Assembly (NCBI GenBank): GCA_046733875.1
Contig: JBKPQB010000028.1
Span: 42,870 to 106,869, forward strand
DNA length: 64,000 bases
Direction: 5' to 3'
DNA from: Acidobacteriota bacterium
GTDB lineage: Bacteria; Acidobacteriota; Vicinamibacteria; Vicinamibacterales; 2-12-FULL-66-21
The stretch's first letter is position 1. The number at the start of each line of letters is the position of its first letter. A program made the translations under genes and the position numbers. The notes under the pieces are model-generated. The model was not told where the DNA came from and did no database searches. It worked only from the letters and a program-made list of their open reading frames with translations. Shown here in pieces: positions 10,545-20,941 of this stretch.

Positions 10545-10566
10545 CGGCGGGGCGAAAGCCCCGCCG
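10545..10566 (+). promoter_or_regulatory. Perfect 9-bp stem / GAAA tetraloop hairpin in the divergent copA-methyltransferase intergenic region
   Basis: The sequence CGGCGGGGC-GAAA-GCCCCGCCG is read directly. It ends 12 nt upstream of the methyltransferase ATG at 10579. Its function is unknown. Confidence 0.3.
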
Positions 10567-10578
10567 TGAGATAACGCT

Positions 10579-11376
10579 ATGGACGTTCTCGATAATTTCA
10601 AAGCGGCGCAGCGTGCGGGGTGGGCGCATTTCGCGCCGCTCGCAGCGATGACGACCGTTACCGCCGCGCGGCTCGTGAAACATGCCGGCATCAAGCCTGC
10701 CGATCGAGTGCTGGATGTGGCGTGCGGCACCGGCGTCGTGTCCGTGACGGCGGCGCGCCTCGGCGCGCGGGTGACCGGGCTCGACCTGACGCCAGAACTG
10801 CTCGCCGCCGCACGGGACAACGCGCGCATCGCGTCCGTCACAATCGAGTTCCAGCAAGGGGACGTCGAGAAGCTCCCCTTTCCCGACGGCGCGTTCGACG
10901 TCGTCGTCAGCCAGTTCGGCCACATGTTCGCACCGCGTCCCGAGGTCGCCACGTCAGAAATGCTGCGCGTCCTGAAGAAGGGCGGGACGATCGCGTTCTC
11001 GACCTGGCCGCCGGAGTTGTGCGTGGGCCGATTGTTCGTGCTCGCAGGCAGCTACATGCCGCCGCCCCCACCTGGTGTCTCGCCGCCGGTACAGTGGGGT
11101 GATCCGGCGATCGTACGCGAGAGACTCGGGATGGCCGTGCGCGATCTCCTGTTTGATCGCGACACCATGCTCGCGCCTGCCCTGAGCCCGGAGCACAATC
11201 GTGAGCTGACCGAGCGGACCGCCGGACCGCTCATCAAGCTCGTGGAAGGGCTCTCCAGCTCGGATCCGCAGAGACTCGCGGAGTTTCGGAAGGCCTATGA
11301 CGAGCTGACGTCGCAGTATTTCGAGGGAAACGTCGTGCGTCAGGGATACCTGCTGACGCGCGCGACGAAGGTGTGA
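10579..11376 (+). CDS. Class I SAM-dependent methyltransferase
   Basis: The SAM-binding motif I is [27 protein letters not shown]. This is followed by [12 protein letters not shown] and [12 protein letters not shown]. Confidence 0.8.
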   Translation: MDVLDNFKAAQRAGWAHFAPLAAMTTVTAARLVKHAGIKPADRVLDVACGTGVVSVTAARLGARVTGLDLTPELLAAARDNARIASVTIEFQQGDVEKLPFPDGAFDVVVSQFGHMFAPRPEVATSEMLRVLKKGGTIAFSTWPPELCVGRLFVLAGSYMPPPPPGVSPPVQWGDPAIVRERLGMAVRDLLFDRDTMLAPALSPEHNRELTERTAGPLIKLVEGLSSSDPQRLAEFRKAYDELTSQYFEGNVVRQGYLLTRATKV

Positions 11377-11382
11377 GGGGGC

Positions 11383-12405
11383 TCAGCTCGCGGCCTTCTT
11401 CTTCCGCATCTGCAGTTCGCTGCCGCCCGCGGCGAAGCCAACTTCGTCCATGAGGTTGTTGATCAGGAAGATGCCGCGGCCGCTCGACTTCAACTGGTTC
11501 GCGGGTGCGAGCGGGTCGGGAATAGCGCCCGGATCGAAGCCGGTGCCCGGATCACGGACCACAATGAGGATCTCGCCGCCGTCGTCGAACGTGACGCAGC
11601 ACTGCACGGATTTCGTAGCGTCGTTCCCGCACCCGTGACGGATGGCGTTCGCGACCGCCTCCTGCAGCGCCAGCTCCACGGCCATGATGTCGCTCTCGCT
11701 CCAGTGCTTCGCGTGAAGCAGCTGCGTGACGCCGTCAGTGATCGTGGGGATCGCTGTGGGGTCCGCCGGAATCGTCATCTCGAACTGCGTCTTCGAGCAG
11801 AACGGAATGAGGGCGCTGAGCTTCTCGACTTCCTCATGCGAGCTGCGAAGCTGCTCGATGAGCGCCGCCTGCGCGGCCTCCGCGCCGTCCCGCGCCGCCA
11901 AAGCGTCCTGCAGCTCCAGCAGGTTGCGCCGCAGCTCCAGCTGCCCCTGCACCTGCCGCCGCAGCGCGTCGAGCGCCTCGATCTGTTCGGGCGACAACGT
12001 CCGCGAGACGCAGTCGGCCACGCACAAGGTGCCGAGCGCTTCGCCCTCCGGCGTGACCAGCGGCGCGCCGGCATAAAAGCGGATGTGCGGCTCGTTCGTC
12101 ACGAGCGGACTCTCGCTGACGCGCCCGTCCTGGCTGGCATCCGGAATGATCAGCACTCCGCGCTGGCAGATCGCGTGCGTGCAGAAGGAAATCGCGCGCG
12201 ACGTTTCCGTCATCGATACGCCGACGCGCGATTTGAACCACTGTCGATGCGCGTCCACGAGGGTGATGAGAGCGATAGGCGTGCCGCAAATCTGAGACGC
12301 CAGCAGCGTGAGGTCGTCGAACGCACGCTCGGGTTCCGTATCGAGGATCCTGTACCGGCGGAGCGCCGCAAGGCGCGCCGTTTCGTCGGTGGCCACGGAA
12401 GGCAT
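11383..12405 (-). CDS. GAF domain protein fused to an RsbW/SpoIIAB-like HATPase (anti-sigma-factor type Ser/Thr kinase) domain
   Basis: The N-terminal region RLAALRRYRILDTEPERAFDDLTLLASQICGTPIALITLVDAHRQWFKS...FYAGAPLVTPEGEALGTLCV is a GAF domain. A coiled-coil linker follows. The C-terminal region ELALQEAVANAIRHG...ILIVVRDPGTGFDP...SGRGIFLINNLMDEV is an HATPase_c_2-type domain. Confidence 0.75.
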   Translation of the reverse strand: MPSVATDETARLAALRRYRILDTEPERAFDDLTLLASQICGTPIALITLVDAHRQWFKSRVGVSMTETSRAISFCTHAICQRGVLIIPDASQDGRVSESPLVTNEPHIRFYAGAPLVTPEGEALGTLCVADCVSRTLSPEQIEALDALRRQVQGQLELRRNLLELQDALAARDGAEAAQAALIEQLRSSHEEVEKLSALIPFCSKTQFEMTIPADPTAIPTITDGVTQLLHAKHWSESDIMAVELALQEAVANAIRHGCGNDATKSVQCCVTFDDGGEILIVVRDPGTGFDPGAIPDPLAPANQLKSSGRGIFLINNLMDEVGFAAGGSELQMRKKKAAS

Positions 12406-12532
12406 GTCAAACCCCTAGCGTGTGGGTGTCGAGCACGGGGCTGATTATCGCCGAACGGATACCCAAGTCAAACGTCATGGGCCTTCGCCGCTCTGCCGCT
12501 GCTGGTAAGATTCGCACTCGAAATCACCGCTC

Positions 12533-12931
12533 ATGCCTTATTCGGACCGAACCGTGCTCGTCGGCCAGGCGCTTTCGCATTTCGCAATCACCGGACGTCT
12601 GCGCGCCGGCGGGATGGGGGAAGTGTGTCGGCGACCGACAACACCCTCGGCCGCGAGGTGCCATCAAGGCCGAAGTGGCGCGGAGACAGCAAGGAGCTGT
12701 ATTACGTGGCGCCGAACCGTAAGCTGATGGCCGTACAGATTCTCCCCGGCAACGAGCTCGCGGTCAGGCTCCCGAAGCCACTTTTCGCGATCGGCGATCT
12801 CGAATCCGACTACGACGATTACCCGCCCGCCGGACGGGCAGCGATTCCTCGTCAAGCTACCGATTGAACCCGTCGAAACCGTGCCCATCCACCTGATCCT
12901 GCACTGGGACCCGCCGAACGCCTCGCGGTAA
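12533..12931 (+). pseudogene. Remnant of a Ser/Thr protein kinase-TolB/WD40-like propeller gene (large internal deletion plus frameshifts)
   Basis: Three frames together give the fragments LVGQALSHFAITGRLRAGGMGEV | TDNTLGREV(AIK) | PKWRGDSKELYYVAPNRKLMAVQILPG...LPKPLFAI | DGQRFLVKLPIEPVETVPIHLILHWDPP*. The first part is the kinase glycine loop up to the VAIK lysine region. It is joined directly to the last blades and tail of the propeller. Compare the intact paralogue at 49340..52000 (GIGGMGEVYRARDPHLRREVAIKVL). Confidence 0.65.
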
Positions 12932-13031
12932 ACCCCTCCGCCCCGAGACGATGCGTCCGCAGGCGCACTCGGAAATTGGGGTATGATCCCAATTCTCTCC
13001 GTCGCGGTCGACCGTCACCTGGTGAACGGCG

Positions 13032-13454
13032 ATGCTTTTCCCTATGGCCACTGTCCTCATCGCCGACGACTCCCCCACGATCCGGCGGATGGTCCGTTTC
13101 TCGCTGAACACCGTGCCGGGCCTCAGCTTCCATGAGGCCGCGACGGGGCTGGAGGCGATTGAAACGCTGGTCATCCAGCCCGCCGATCTGATCGTGCTCG
13201 ATTTGAACATGCCGGATATGCACGGGCTCGACGTGCTGAAATTCGTCCGGTCCCAGGCTTCATTGAAGAATCTCCCCGTCGTCGTGCTCACGACGCGCGG
13301 CGACGAGGCAAGCCGGGAGGCGGCGCTTGCCGCGGGGGCGACGATCTTCCTGGCGAAGCCCTTCTCGCCCACGGCCCTTGCGCGGGACGTGCGGACGCTG
13401 CTGGGCGTGGCCGGGACCGTGACTGCGCCGGTGCACCGGGAGGAGCGTTCGTGA
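13032..13454 (+). CDS. cheY: CheY-like single-domain response regulator
   Basis: Receiver-domain motifs present are VLIADDSPTIRRMV, DLIVLDLNMPDMHGLDVL, VVVLTTRGD and FLAKPF. An alternative start lies at 13044. The stop overlaps the cheA GTG start (GTGA). Confidence 0.85.
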   Translation: MLFPMATVLIADDSPTIRRMVRFSLNTVPGLSFHEAATGLEAIETLVIQPADLIVLDLNMPDMHGLDVLKFVRSQASLKNLPVVVLTTRGDEASREAALAAGATIFLAKPFSPTALARDVRTLLGVAGTVTAPVHREERS

Positions 13455-15460
13455 CCGACCGCGAACCGGGCGCACCGGAAGACTTCATCGCCGGTTTTAT
13501 CGAAGACTACTTCGCCGAATGCGAAGAGCACCTCGCGATCGTGCGCCGCGGGCTGCTCGCGCTGGAACGCTCCGACGACGGCGCGGCCGAGGCCGGCGTG
13601 CTCGACGAGCTCTTTCGCAGTTTTCATTCGCTGAAAGGCATTTCCGCGATGGTCGACGTGCGCGAGGCGGAGCGCGTCGCGCATGAACTCGAAGCCTACC
13701 TGCGGCGCCTGCGGGATCGCGAGCTGACGCTCGGATCCGAGGCCGTGTCGGTGCTCATCGACAGCACCGCCGTCCTCGAAACCGTGATCGCCGCCCGGCG
13801 AGCGGGCGCGCCGCCGCCGTCGATTGCAGAGGCGGTGCGACGGCTCCGGACACTGACGCTCAGCGCGCGTGCCGGCGGTCCGGAGGCTGAAACTGCTTCG
13901 CGTGCGTCATCGAAATCCAGGAACTGGCGGTTCACGTTCGTACCCTCCCCGGCGCTGGTCGATCGAGGCATCAAGGTGGACACGATTCGCGCACGCCTCG
14001 CGGGGGTCGGGCGCATCATCCGCGCTGCTCCGTACGTCACACCCGGTGCGGGCATCGTGTTCGAGTTCGTTGTCTCGAGCGCCGCGGATTCGTCCGCATT
14101 CGACGAGTGGCGGAACGATGGCCTCACGTGGGAGCCGCTGGAACCGGCGGCTGCGGCACCAATGGAAAGCGACGGGGCCCTCCCGACGGCGGCGCTGCCC
14201 GAGAGTGTGATTCTGGCGCCTTCTCATTACGTCCGCGTCGATCTCGGCCGGCTCGACGAGGTGATGCGCCGCGTTGGCGATCTCGTCATCACGCGCGCAC
14301 GCCTCGAGGAGCTTCTCGCGCACCTCGAGGGCGCGATTCCCTCGACCGAACGGCGCACGCTGCAGGAGTCGATGCTCACGTTCGAGCGGCACCTGCGCCG
14401 CCTGCGGCACGACGTGATGCGCTTGCGGCTGGTCCGCGTCGATGAGATCTTCCGGCGCATGCCGTTCGTGGCCCGCGATGTGGCGCGCGATCTCGGAAAG
14501 CACGTGCGGGTCGCGCTCAGCGGCCCCGAGACGGAGATCGACAAGTTTCTCGTCGAACGCATGATGGACCCCGTCCTGCATCTCGTGCGCAACGCCGTCA
14601 GCCACGGCATCGAGACGCCGGAACGCCGCACCGCCGCCGGAAAGTCCGCGGAAGGCACCATCACGCTGAACGCGTCGACCTACGGTGAGATGGTCGTGTT
14701 GCAGATTGCCGATGATGGAGCCGGCATCGACGCCGCATCCGTGGTCGAGAGGGCACAGAGCGCCGGTCTGGCGATACCGCAGGGGCCGATCGACGCCGCC
14801 GCATTACTCGATCTGATTTGCGAACCGGGCCTCTCGACGCGCGACGAGGCGGATCGCGCGAGCGGCCGAGGCTTCGGCATGTCGGTCGTGCGGACGACCG
14901 TCCGCGAGCTGGGCGGCGCGATGACGCTGCAGAATGAGCCCGGACGCGGCACGACGTTCCGCATCACACTGCCGCTCACGCTCGCGATCACGGAGGCCCT
15001 CATCGCCGTCGTCGGCGGTCAGCGCTTTGCCGTTCCGCAAAGCACGGTTGAGGAGGTCATCGAGATCGATGAAACCCTCGTGCGGCGAACGGAACGGATC
15101 GAGCTGATTCCCTATCGCGGCCGATCGCTGCCGTTGGTACGGCTCAGCGGTGTGTTCGGGCTCGACGCCAACGGTTCCATGAGGCGGCACGCGTTCGTCC
15201 TGGGTACGGGCCAGGACGCCGTCGCCCTGACCGTCGATCGAATTCTCGGGCAGCGTCAGATCGTCGTGAGGACGATGGGCGACGCGCTGCTGAAGGTCGA
15301 CGGCATCAGCGGCGCGACCGACCTCGGCGACGGCCGTGTCGTGCTCATTCTCGACGCCGCGGCGCTCGCGCGCAGCGCTCGTAGCGTGCCGCGGCCCGTC
15401 TTGCCGCCGCGCCCGATCGGCGCCGCGGCCGAACAGTCCAGCAGCGGAGCGATCGCATGA
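13451..15460 (+). CDS. cheA: Chemotaxis histidine kinase CheA
   Basis: The HPt motif is FRSFHSLKGISAMV. The HATPase region contains HLVRNAVSHGIE, DDGAGID and GRGFGMSVV. The C-terminal CheW-like domain reads QRFAVPQSTVEEVIEI. The GTG start is preceded by AGGAG. Confidence 0.9.
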   Translation: MTDREPGAPEDFIAGFIEDYFAECEEHLAIVRRGLLALERSDDGAAEAGVLDELFRSFHSLKGISAMVDVREAERVAHELEAYLRRLRDRELTLGSEAVSVLIDSTAVLETVIAARRAGAPPPSIAEAVRRLRTLTLSARAGGPEAETASRASSKSRNWRFTFVPSPALVDRGIKVDTIRARLAGVGRIIRAAPYVTPGAGIVFEFVVSSAADSSAFDEWRNDGLTWEPLEPAAAAPMESDGALPTAALPESVILAPSHYVRVDLGRLDEVMRRVGDLVITRARLEELLAHLEGAIPSTERRTLQESMLTFERHLRRLRHDVMRLRLVRVDEIFRRMPFVARDVARDLGKHVRVALSGPETEIDKFLVERMMDPVLHLVRNAVSHGIETPERRTAAGKSAEGTITLNASTYGEMVVLQIADDGAGIDAASVVERAQSAGLAIPQGPIDAAALLDLICEPGLSTRDEADRASGRGFGMSVVRTTVRELGGAMTLQNEPGRGTTFRITLPLTLAITEALIAVVGGQRFAVPQSTVEEVIEIDETLVRRTERIELIPYRGRSLPLVRLSGVFGLDANGSMRRHAFVLGTGQDAVALTVDRILGQRQIVVRTMGDALLKVDGISGATDLGDGRVVLILDAAALARSARSVPRPVLPPRPIGAAAEQSSSGAIA

Positions 15461-15954
15461 CGAGCGGCGCGACCTACATCCTTTTCTCCATCGCAGGTAC
15501 GACGTACGGCATTCGAAGCGAGGAGGTCCGGCACATCGAGATGGTCGAGCAGATCACGCCCGTGCCGAACGCCAGCCGAGACGTGGACGGCGTCGTGTTC
15601 TCCCGGGGGCAGATTGTGCCCGTGGTCAACATGCGCAGCCGATTTGGCTTCGAGCGCCTTCCGCACGACCTCGCGACCCGGCTCCTCGTGGTACAGGCGC
15701 GGGAACGGTGGGTCGGTCTGCTCGTCGACAGCGCGCGCGAATTCGTGCGCGTTCCCGCATCAGCGATTCAGCCGCCGGGACATGCCATGGCCGACGCGAG
15801 ATATCTCGACGGAGTCGCGACGCTCGGCGAGCGGCTCGTGCTCCTGGTCAAGGTCGAAGCACTCCTGGAGGGATCCGTCCTGGAGACGCCCGCCGCCGCT
15901 GGAACGCCCGACGTGATCGCAGCGTCAGCACCAACCGCACATCTCAGAGCCTAG
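15457..15954 (+). CDS. cheW: CheW coupling protein
   Basis: The sequence YILFSIAGTTYGIRSEEVRHIEMVEQITPVPNASRDVDGVVFSRGQIVPVVNMRSRFG is typical of CheW. An ATGA overlap joins it to the cheA stop. Confidence 0.9.
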   Translation: MTSGATYILFSIAGTTYGIRSEEVRHIEMVEQITPVPNASRDVDGVVFSRGQIVPVVNMRSRFGFERLPHDLATRLLVVQARERWVGLLVDSAREFVRVPASAIQPPGHAMADARYLDGVATLGERLVLLVKVEALLEGSVLETPAAAGTPDVIAASAPTAHLRA

Positions 15955-15969
15955 AACAAGGAGACGGTC

Positions 15970-18114
15970 ATGGCATCGCGCCGCAACGGGATCAACGGAA
16001 AGCGTGTCGAGGCAGTCGAGGCGGGCCGCACAAACGGCAGACGTGCGAATGGTGTCGATCCAGTCGTGCTGCGTGAAGAGGCCGACTCCATTACGAAGAC
16101 GGCCCACACGATCGCGCGCGTGGCGCAGGGCGTACTGGAAGGCGCCGAGAGCCAGGTGCGATCGCTCGAGGATGCGGTGAACGGCGGCACGCAGATGGCG
16201 GCGTCGCTGACGGACACCGCACGCCAGGCGGAATCCGTCGCCGGATCCGCCGAGGAGCTCGCGTCCTCCATCAACGAGATGGCGGCGTCGATCGAGCAAG
16301 TGACGGCAAGTACTGCCAGCCTTGCCGGATCCGTCCGCGATACGGCCGCGGCGATCCAGCAGGGCGACGCCGCGGTCAAGAGCGTGACGCGCATTGCGGA
16401 ATCGATGGCGACCTCGGCCCAGCAGGTGACCGCGTCGATGGCGTCGATGGTGTCTTCAATCCGGCGCGTCACTCTTGACGGCGAAACGCTCGCCTCTTCC
16501 GTCAACGAGACGGCGGCGGCGATCGAAGAGATCACCGTGTCGGTGCAACGCGTCGCCGGCAACGCGGACGATCTCGCCGCGGCGGCGGAAGAGACCTCGT
16601 CGGCGATCAACGAGACCGCAGCGTCGATCGAGGAAGTCACGGCGATGACCGAGTCGCTGGCGACGTCCATCGAGCAGAACGCGACATCCACCGAGCAGTT
16701 GGCCCGGTCAGTGGAAGCGGTCGCCCAGAACGGACAGCGCATCAGCGAAGCCGCCGCGGTCGCCGCGAGCGGCGCCACCGAGCTCGATCGATCGGCGGAG
16801 TCGGTCGCCGCGCTCGCCAGACAGGCCGACGAGATCACCAGGCGCGTGGCACGCGACGCGGAGGAAGGCGCCGGTGCGATCCAGAAATCCATTCATGGTT
16901 TCGGCCGCGTCCGCGAATCGATGACGAAGTCGAGCGGCGTCATTCGCGACATGGGGAAACGCGCCACCGACATCGGCACGATCGTCAACACGATCAATCT
17001 CATCGCCGAGCGCACGAACCTGCTGTCGCTGAACGCGTCGATCGAAGCCGCCCGCGCGGGCGACGCCGGTCGGGGCTTCGCGGTGGTGGCCGAGGAGATT
17101 CGCAACCTCGCGGATCGGGCGGCGAAGGCGACGGCCGACATCGATGCGATCATTAGGGCCCTGCAGGAGGTGGCGCAGGAGGCGGTTACCGCATCGTCGG
17201 ACGCGCTGCGCACGGCCGACGAGAGCAGCACGCTCGCGGAGGGGGGCCGCGCGGGGCTGCAGAAGATTCTCTCCGGCATCAACGAGTCTGCACAGATCAG
17301 CGGGCAAATCGCGCGCGCAACCGAGGAACAGCGGGATGCGGCGCGCTCCGTTGTAAGCGCGATTACGAGCACGGCCGAACAGGCCCGCCACGTGGCCACC
17401 TCGACCGCCGAACAGCGAACGTCTGTGACTTCGATCGTGCAGGCGAACACCGCGATGCGCAAGACTGCTCAGGAAGTCCGGAAGGCGATCGGGGAACAGG
17501 CGCGAGCCGCGCGAGACATCCTGAAGGCCGCGCAGAGCACGAAAGAGCTCTCGACGCACGTTCGACGGGCAACCTCGGAGCAGGCGAAAACGGCCCAGCA
17601 GATCGGACAGGTGACGGACTCGATGCGGCGCACGGCCGCGAGCACCGCGCGGGCCCTCGCGGAGCAGAGTACGGCCGGCGATCAGGTCTCGAGCGCCGCG
17701 GAAGGGCTCGCTCGCATGATTTCGACGGTGACCAGCGCCATGGGGGAGCAGGCCACCGCGATGAACCAGATCGCAAAGGGGGCCGAGATCGTGCGGGTCC
17801 AGTCCGATCAGACGGCAAAGGCGCTCAAGGAACAATCCCGCGCAGTGAAGGACATCTCCGACGCCGCGACCAGCACCGCGAGACAGATCAAGCTCATCAC
17901 CACGGCGAATCGGGAGCATTCGGTTGTATCCGCGCAGCTTCTCAACACGCTGAAGCAGATCCGCGAGATCACGGACCGCAACGCCCACGGCGTCCAGGAG
18001 ACACGCGGCGGCACCAACGATCTCCTGCAGCGCGCCGCGGCGCTCGCGTCGATCGCCGAAGGCGGGACAGGACGCCACACCCGCGGAAACGGTGCACATC
18101 GCGGTGGGAGATAG
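15970..18114 (+). CDS. Soluble (no TM segment seen) methyl-accepting chemotaxis protein with an unusually long helical N-terminal region
   Basis: The highly conserved signalling hairpin is [40 protein letters not shown] recognised no hydrophobic stretch. An AAGGAG RBS lies upstream. Confidence 0.85.
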   Translation: MASRRNGINGKRVEAVEAGRTNGRRANGVDPVVLREEADSITKTAHTIARVAQGVLEGAESQVRSLEDAVNGGTQMAASLTDTARQAESVAGSAEELASSINEMAASIEQVTASTASLAGSVRDTAAAIQQGDAAVKSVTRIAESMATSAQQVTASMASMVSSIRRVTLDGETLASSVNETAAAIEEITVSVQRVAGNADDLAAAAEETSSAINETAASIEEVTAMTESLATSIEQNATSTEQLARSVEAVAQNGQRISEAAAVAASGATELDRSAESVAALARQADEITRRVARDAEEGAGAIQKSIHGFGRVRESMTKSSGVIRDMGKRATDIGTIVNTINLIAERTNLLSLNASIEAARAGDAGRGFAVVAEEIRNLADRAAKATADIDAIIRALQEVAQEAVTASSDALRTADESSTLAEGGRAGLQKILSGINESAQISGQIARATEEQRDAARSVVSAITSTAEQARHVATSTAEQRTSVTSIVQANTAMRKTAQEVRKAIGEQARAARDILKAAQSTKELSTHVRRATSEQAKTAQQIGQVTDSMRRTAASTARALAEQSTAGDQVSSAAEGLARMISTVTSAMGEQATAMNQIAKGAEIVRVQSDQTAKALKEQSRAVKDISDAATSTARQIKLITTANREHSVVSAQLLNTLKQIREITDRNAHGVQETRGGTNDLLQRAAALASIAEGGTGRHTRGNGAHRGGR

Positions 18115-20938
18115 CACCCGGGACCGAGCGTCCCGCGATGCCGTGCCGACCGCGTCGGGAATGGGTGTCTTCACGACAGACACTTCTCTGATCGTTCGTA
18201 CGTGGGACGGCTGGCTGGCGGAAACAACGGGCATTCCGTCCGATGCGGCCCGCGGACGCGCGCTCGCTGAGCTCATTCCGGATCTGGCAGATCGAGGACT
18301 GATCGCCGCGTTCGACCAGGTACTCTCCCGCGGCGTCGTGGAGATTCTCGCGCCGGCATTTCACCGCTATCTGATCGCGTGCCCGCCAGCCACGGAGTCG
18401 ACGCGATTCGATCGCATGCAGCAGCGTGTGACGATTGGCCCGCTGCGCGAGGACGGGCAGGTGATCGGGACGATCGTCGCGGTTGAAGACGTGACGGCGC
18501 GTCTCGAACACGAGCGGGAGCTGGCCGCGCAGCTGGCCAGCGCCGATCCGGGCGTGCGGCTGCGTGCCACCCAGGCGCTCGCGGACAAGGCGCTCGTCGG
18601 ACCCAATCCCCTGCTCGGCGCAATCGGCGACGAGGATTGGCGCGTTCGCCGTGCGGCCGTCGCTGCGCTCAGCCGCCGAAGCTCGGCCCAGGTGATCGGC
18701 GCCGTGCTCGATGCGCTGCGAGACGAGCATCACAATTTCAGTGTTCTCAGCAGCGCAATCGAGCTGCTTGCCACGGGCGAGACCGATGTCGTCGAGCCCC
18801 TCATCGAGCTGCTGCGCGAAGCCCATCCTGACCTGCGTCTCCAGGCGGCCCTGGTGCTCGGCGAACGGGGCGACGCTCGCGCGGTACCGCCGCTCATCGA
18901 GACGCTCGCCGAGGCCGACGACAATCTCCGCTTTCACGCGATAGAGGCGCTGGGCAAGCTGAAAGCGCCGGCGGCGGTCGAGCGCTTGATCGGCATTGCC
19001 GAATCGGGCGATTTCTTCCTCGGATTTCCTGCTCTCGATGCGCTTTCGCGCATTGGCGATTCGACGATCGCCCCGCGCCTCGTTCCGCTGCTGGCGCACG
19101 AACTCCTGCGCGGTCCGGTCGCCGACGTCCTCGGCGCGCTCGGGGACGACGATGTGGTCGAGCCGCTGACGCGGCTGCTCAACGAAGCAATGACGCCAAC
19201 GGAGATCGTGGCGGAGGCGCTCGCGCGCGTCGCCGACCGCTTCGAACGCCGCTACGACCATGGAGAGCACATCGCGGATCTCGTTCGCGCAACGATCTCT
19301 GCAACGGGCACGCAGAACCTGCTCGACGCCGTGCAGCACGCCCGGGCGGATACGCTGCCGTCGATCGCCAAGGTCCTCGCGTGGCTCGAAGGACCCGCCG
19401 TCGATCGCGCGCTGACGTTTCTGCTCGGCCAGCCCTCGGTGCGCGCGAAGGCCGTCGAATACCTCGTACGGCAGGGCCCGCGCGTGGTGGATCTGCTGAT
19501 CGATCAGTTGCGCGCGGACGATCTCGATACGCGACACGCCGCGGTGGCCGGGCTCGGGAGAATTGGCGACCGGCGCGCGACCCCAGCGCTGCTGGCCGTT
19601 CTGGCCGCTGATCCGGCCCTCACCATTGCGGCGGCGGGCGCGTTGGGCCGGATCGGTGACGGCCGCGCCTTCGAGGCGCTCATCGGCCTGGTCGGTGACG
19701 AGAATCCCGCCGTCCGTCAGGCCGTCATCGCCGCGCTGAACTCGATTGGACATCCCGAGATGGGCGGGCGCACGGCATTGCTGCTGCGCGATCCACGGCC
19801 GCACGTGCGCGAATCTGCGGTACGAATTGCGGGATATTTCGGCTATCGCGAATGCGCGGACGATCTCCTCGCGCTCTGTCGCGACGCCGATCCATTGGTG
19901 CGGCGCGCCGCGATCGAGCATCTCGCCTTTCTGGACGACCAACGCATATTCGACACGCTCCTCGCGGCGCTGAGCGATGCCGACGCCAGGACTCGCGCCG
20001 CGGCGGTACAGGCCATCGCCCGGCTCGATCGCCACGCCGCGGCATCCCTTGTGCCCGCGCTGTGCGATGGTGACGCGTGGGTGCGTTACTTCGCCGCTCG
20101 CGCGATGGGCGAGCATCGTCACGCTCCGGCGCTCGACGACCTCACGCGCGTCGCGCTGGACGATCCTGCCGGACAGGTGCGATTGGCGGCAATCGATGCC
20201 TTGGGCCGCATCGGGAGTCCGGTGGCGGTGCCGGCGCTCGCCGCACTCAGCATGTCGGGCGATCAGGAGCGTGCGATTGCGGCCATCACGGCGCTCGGCC
20301 GCATTTCGCACGAGGACACGTGGCCGCCGCTGCAGACTGCGCTGCGATCCGCGGACGAAGATGGACGGGCTGCCGCGGCTGAATCAATCTCGCGCCTTGG
20401 GGGGAAGGCGGCCATCGAGCTGCTCGAGTGGTCCGCGGCGGCCGACAACAGTCTCAGGGTCGCGTCGGCAGCCGTGGAAGGGCTGGCGACCATCGCCAGG
20501 GATGAAACGATCGGCGCAGCCGCCGTACACGCGTTGATCGATCTCGCGGCGGAAGCGTCTCGGAGAGATTTGGTCGTTCCGGTGCTCGCAGCTCTGCCCG
20601 CTGACGCGATTTCGTGGCTCGCAGAGGGGCTGCGAGATCCGCATACCCAGGTTCGTGTCGCGGTCGTCCAGGCGCTTGGAGGCATGCGGCGAGCGGAAGC
20701 GTCGCGGCGGCTGGAGTCGGCGCTGGACGACAGCGCGACCGAGGTCCGAACCGCTGCCCTCGCCGAGCTGCGCCATCTCGGCACACGCGCAATGGAGCGG
20801 CGCGTGGTCACGCTCGCGCGCACGGATCCGAACCCGATCGTTCGGAGGGCTGCGCTTGCCGTCCTCAAGGCCGCATCCGGCGGGCGTGACGAGCACGCGT
20901 GGCCCGCGTTGGAACCGCGGACCGGCGCGGAGCCCTGA
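18092..20938 (+). CDS. PAS domain + multi-HEAT-repeat (PBS-lyase-type) protein embedded in the che operon
   Basis: The N-terminal PAS-like region is [25 protein letters not shown]...[21 protein letters not shown]. At least 15 HEAT-like units of the form D-x-x-x-VR-x-x-A-x-x-AL-G follow. Examples are [39 protein letters not shown] and [14 protein letters not shown]. The start is uncertain: GTG 18092 overlaps the MCP stop, and an ATG lies at 18161. Confidence 0.8.
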   Translation: MHIAVGDSTRDRASRDAVPTASGMGVFTTDTSLIVRTWDGWLAETTGIPSDAARGRALAELIPDLADRGLIAAFDQVLSRGVVEILAPAFHRYLIACPPATESTRFDRMQQRVTIGPLREDGQVIGTIVAVEDVTARLEHERELAAQLASADPGVRLRATQALADKALVGPNPLLGAIGDEDWRVRRAAVAALSRRSSAQVIGAVLDALRDEHHNFSVLSSAIELLATGETDVVEPLIELLREAHPDLRLQAALVLGERGDARAVPPLIETLAEADDNLRFHAIEALGKLKAPAAVERLIGIAESGDFFLGFPALDALSRIGDSTIAPRLVPLLAHELLRGPVADVLGALGDDDVVEPLTRLLNEAMTPTEIVAEALARVADRFERRYDHGEHIADLVRATISATGTQNLLDAVQHARADTLPSIAKVLAWLEGPAVDRALTFLLGQPSVRAKAVEYLVRQGPRVVDLLIDQLRADDLDTRHAAVAGLGRIGDRRATPALLAVLAADPALTIAAAGALGRIGDGRAFEALIGLVGDENPAVRQAVIAALNSIGHPEMGGRTALLLRDPRPHVRESAVRIAGYFGYRECADDLLALCRDADPLVRRAAIEHLAFLDDQRIFDTLLAALSDADARTRAAAVQAIARLDRHAAASLVPALCDGDAWVRYFAARAMGEHRHAPALDDLTRVALDDPAGQVRLAAIDALGRIGSPVAVPALAALSMSGDQERAIAAITALGRISHEDTWPPLQTALRSADEDGRAAAAESISRLGGKAAIELLEWSAAADNSLRVASAAVEGLATIARDETIGAAAVHALIDLAAEASRRDLVVPVLAALPADAISWLAEGLRDPHTQVRVAVVQALGGMRRAEASRRLESALDDSATEVRTAALAELRHLGTRAMERRVVTLARTDPNPIVRRAALAVLKAASGGRDEHAWPALEPRTGAEP

Positions 20939-20941
20939 GCC

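Noticed and set aside
12406-12532. A 127-nt non-coding stretch upstream of the kinase remnant might hold a small RNA or riboswitch.
   Set aside because: I could identify no conserved riboswitch core and no convincing stem-loop. It is more simply explained as residual 5' region of the decayed kinase gene.
17969-20311. A 780-aa minus-strand ORF lies opposite the PAS-HEAT gene. Similar long antisense ORFs occur at 8520..10439, 26505..27752, 32057..33805, 40638..41810, 42722..44002, 48213..49721, 53931..55160 and 60737..61813.
   Set aside because: All have Arg-rich, motif-free translations and lie exactly opposite genes with strong family signatures. I interpret them as GC-driven shadow ORFs, not overlapping genes.
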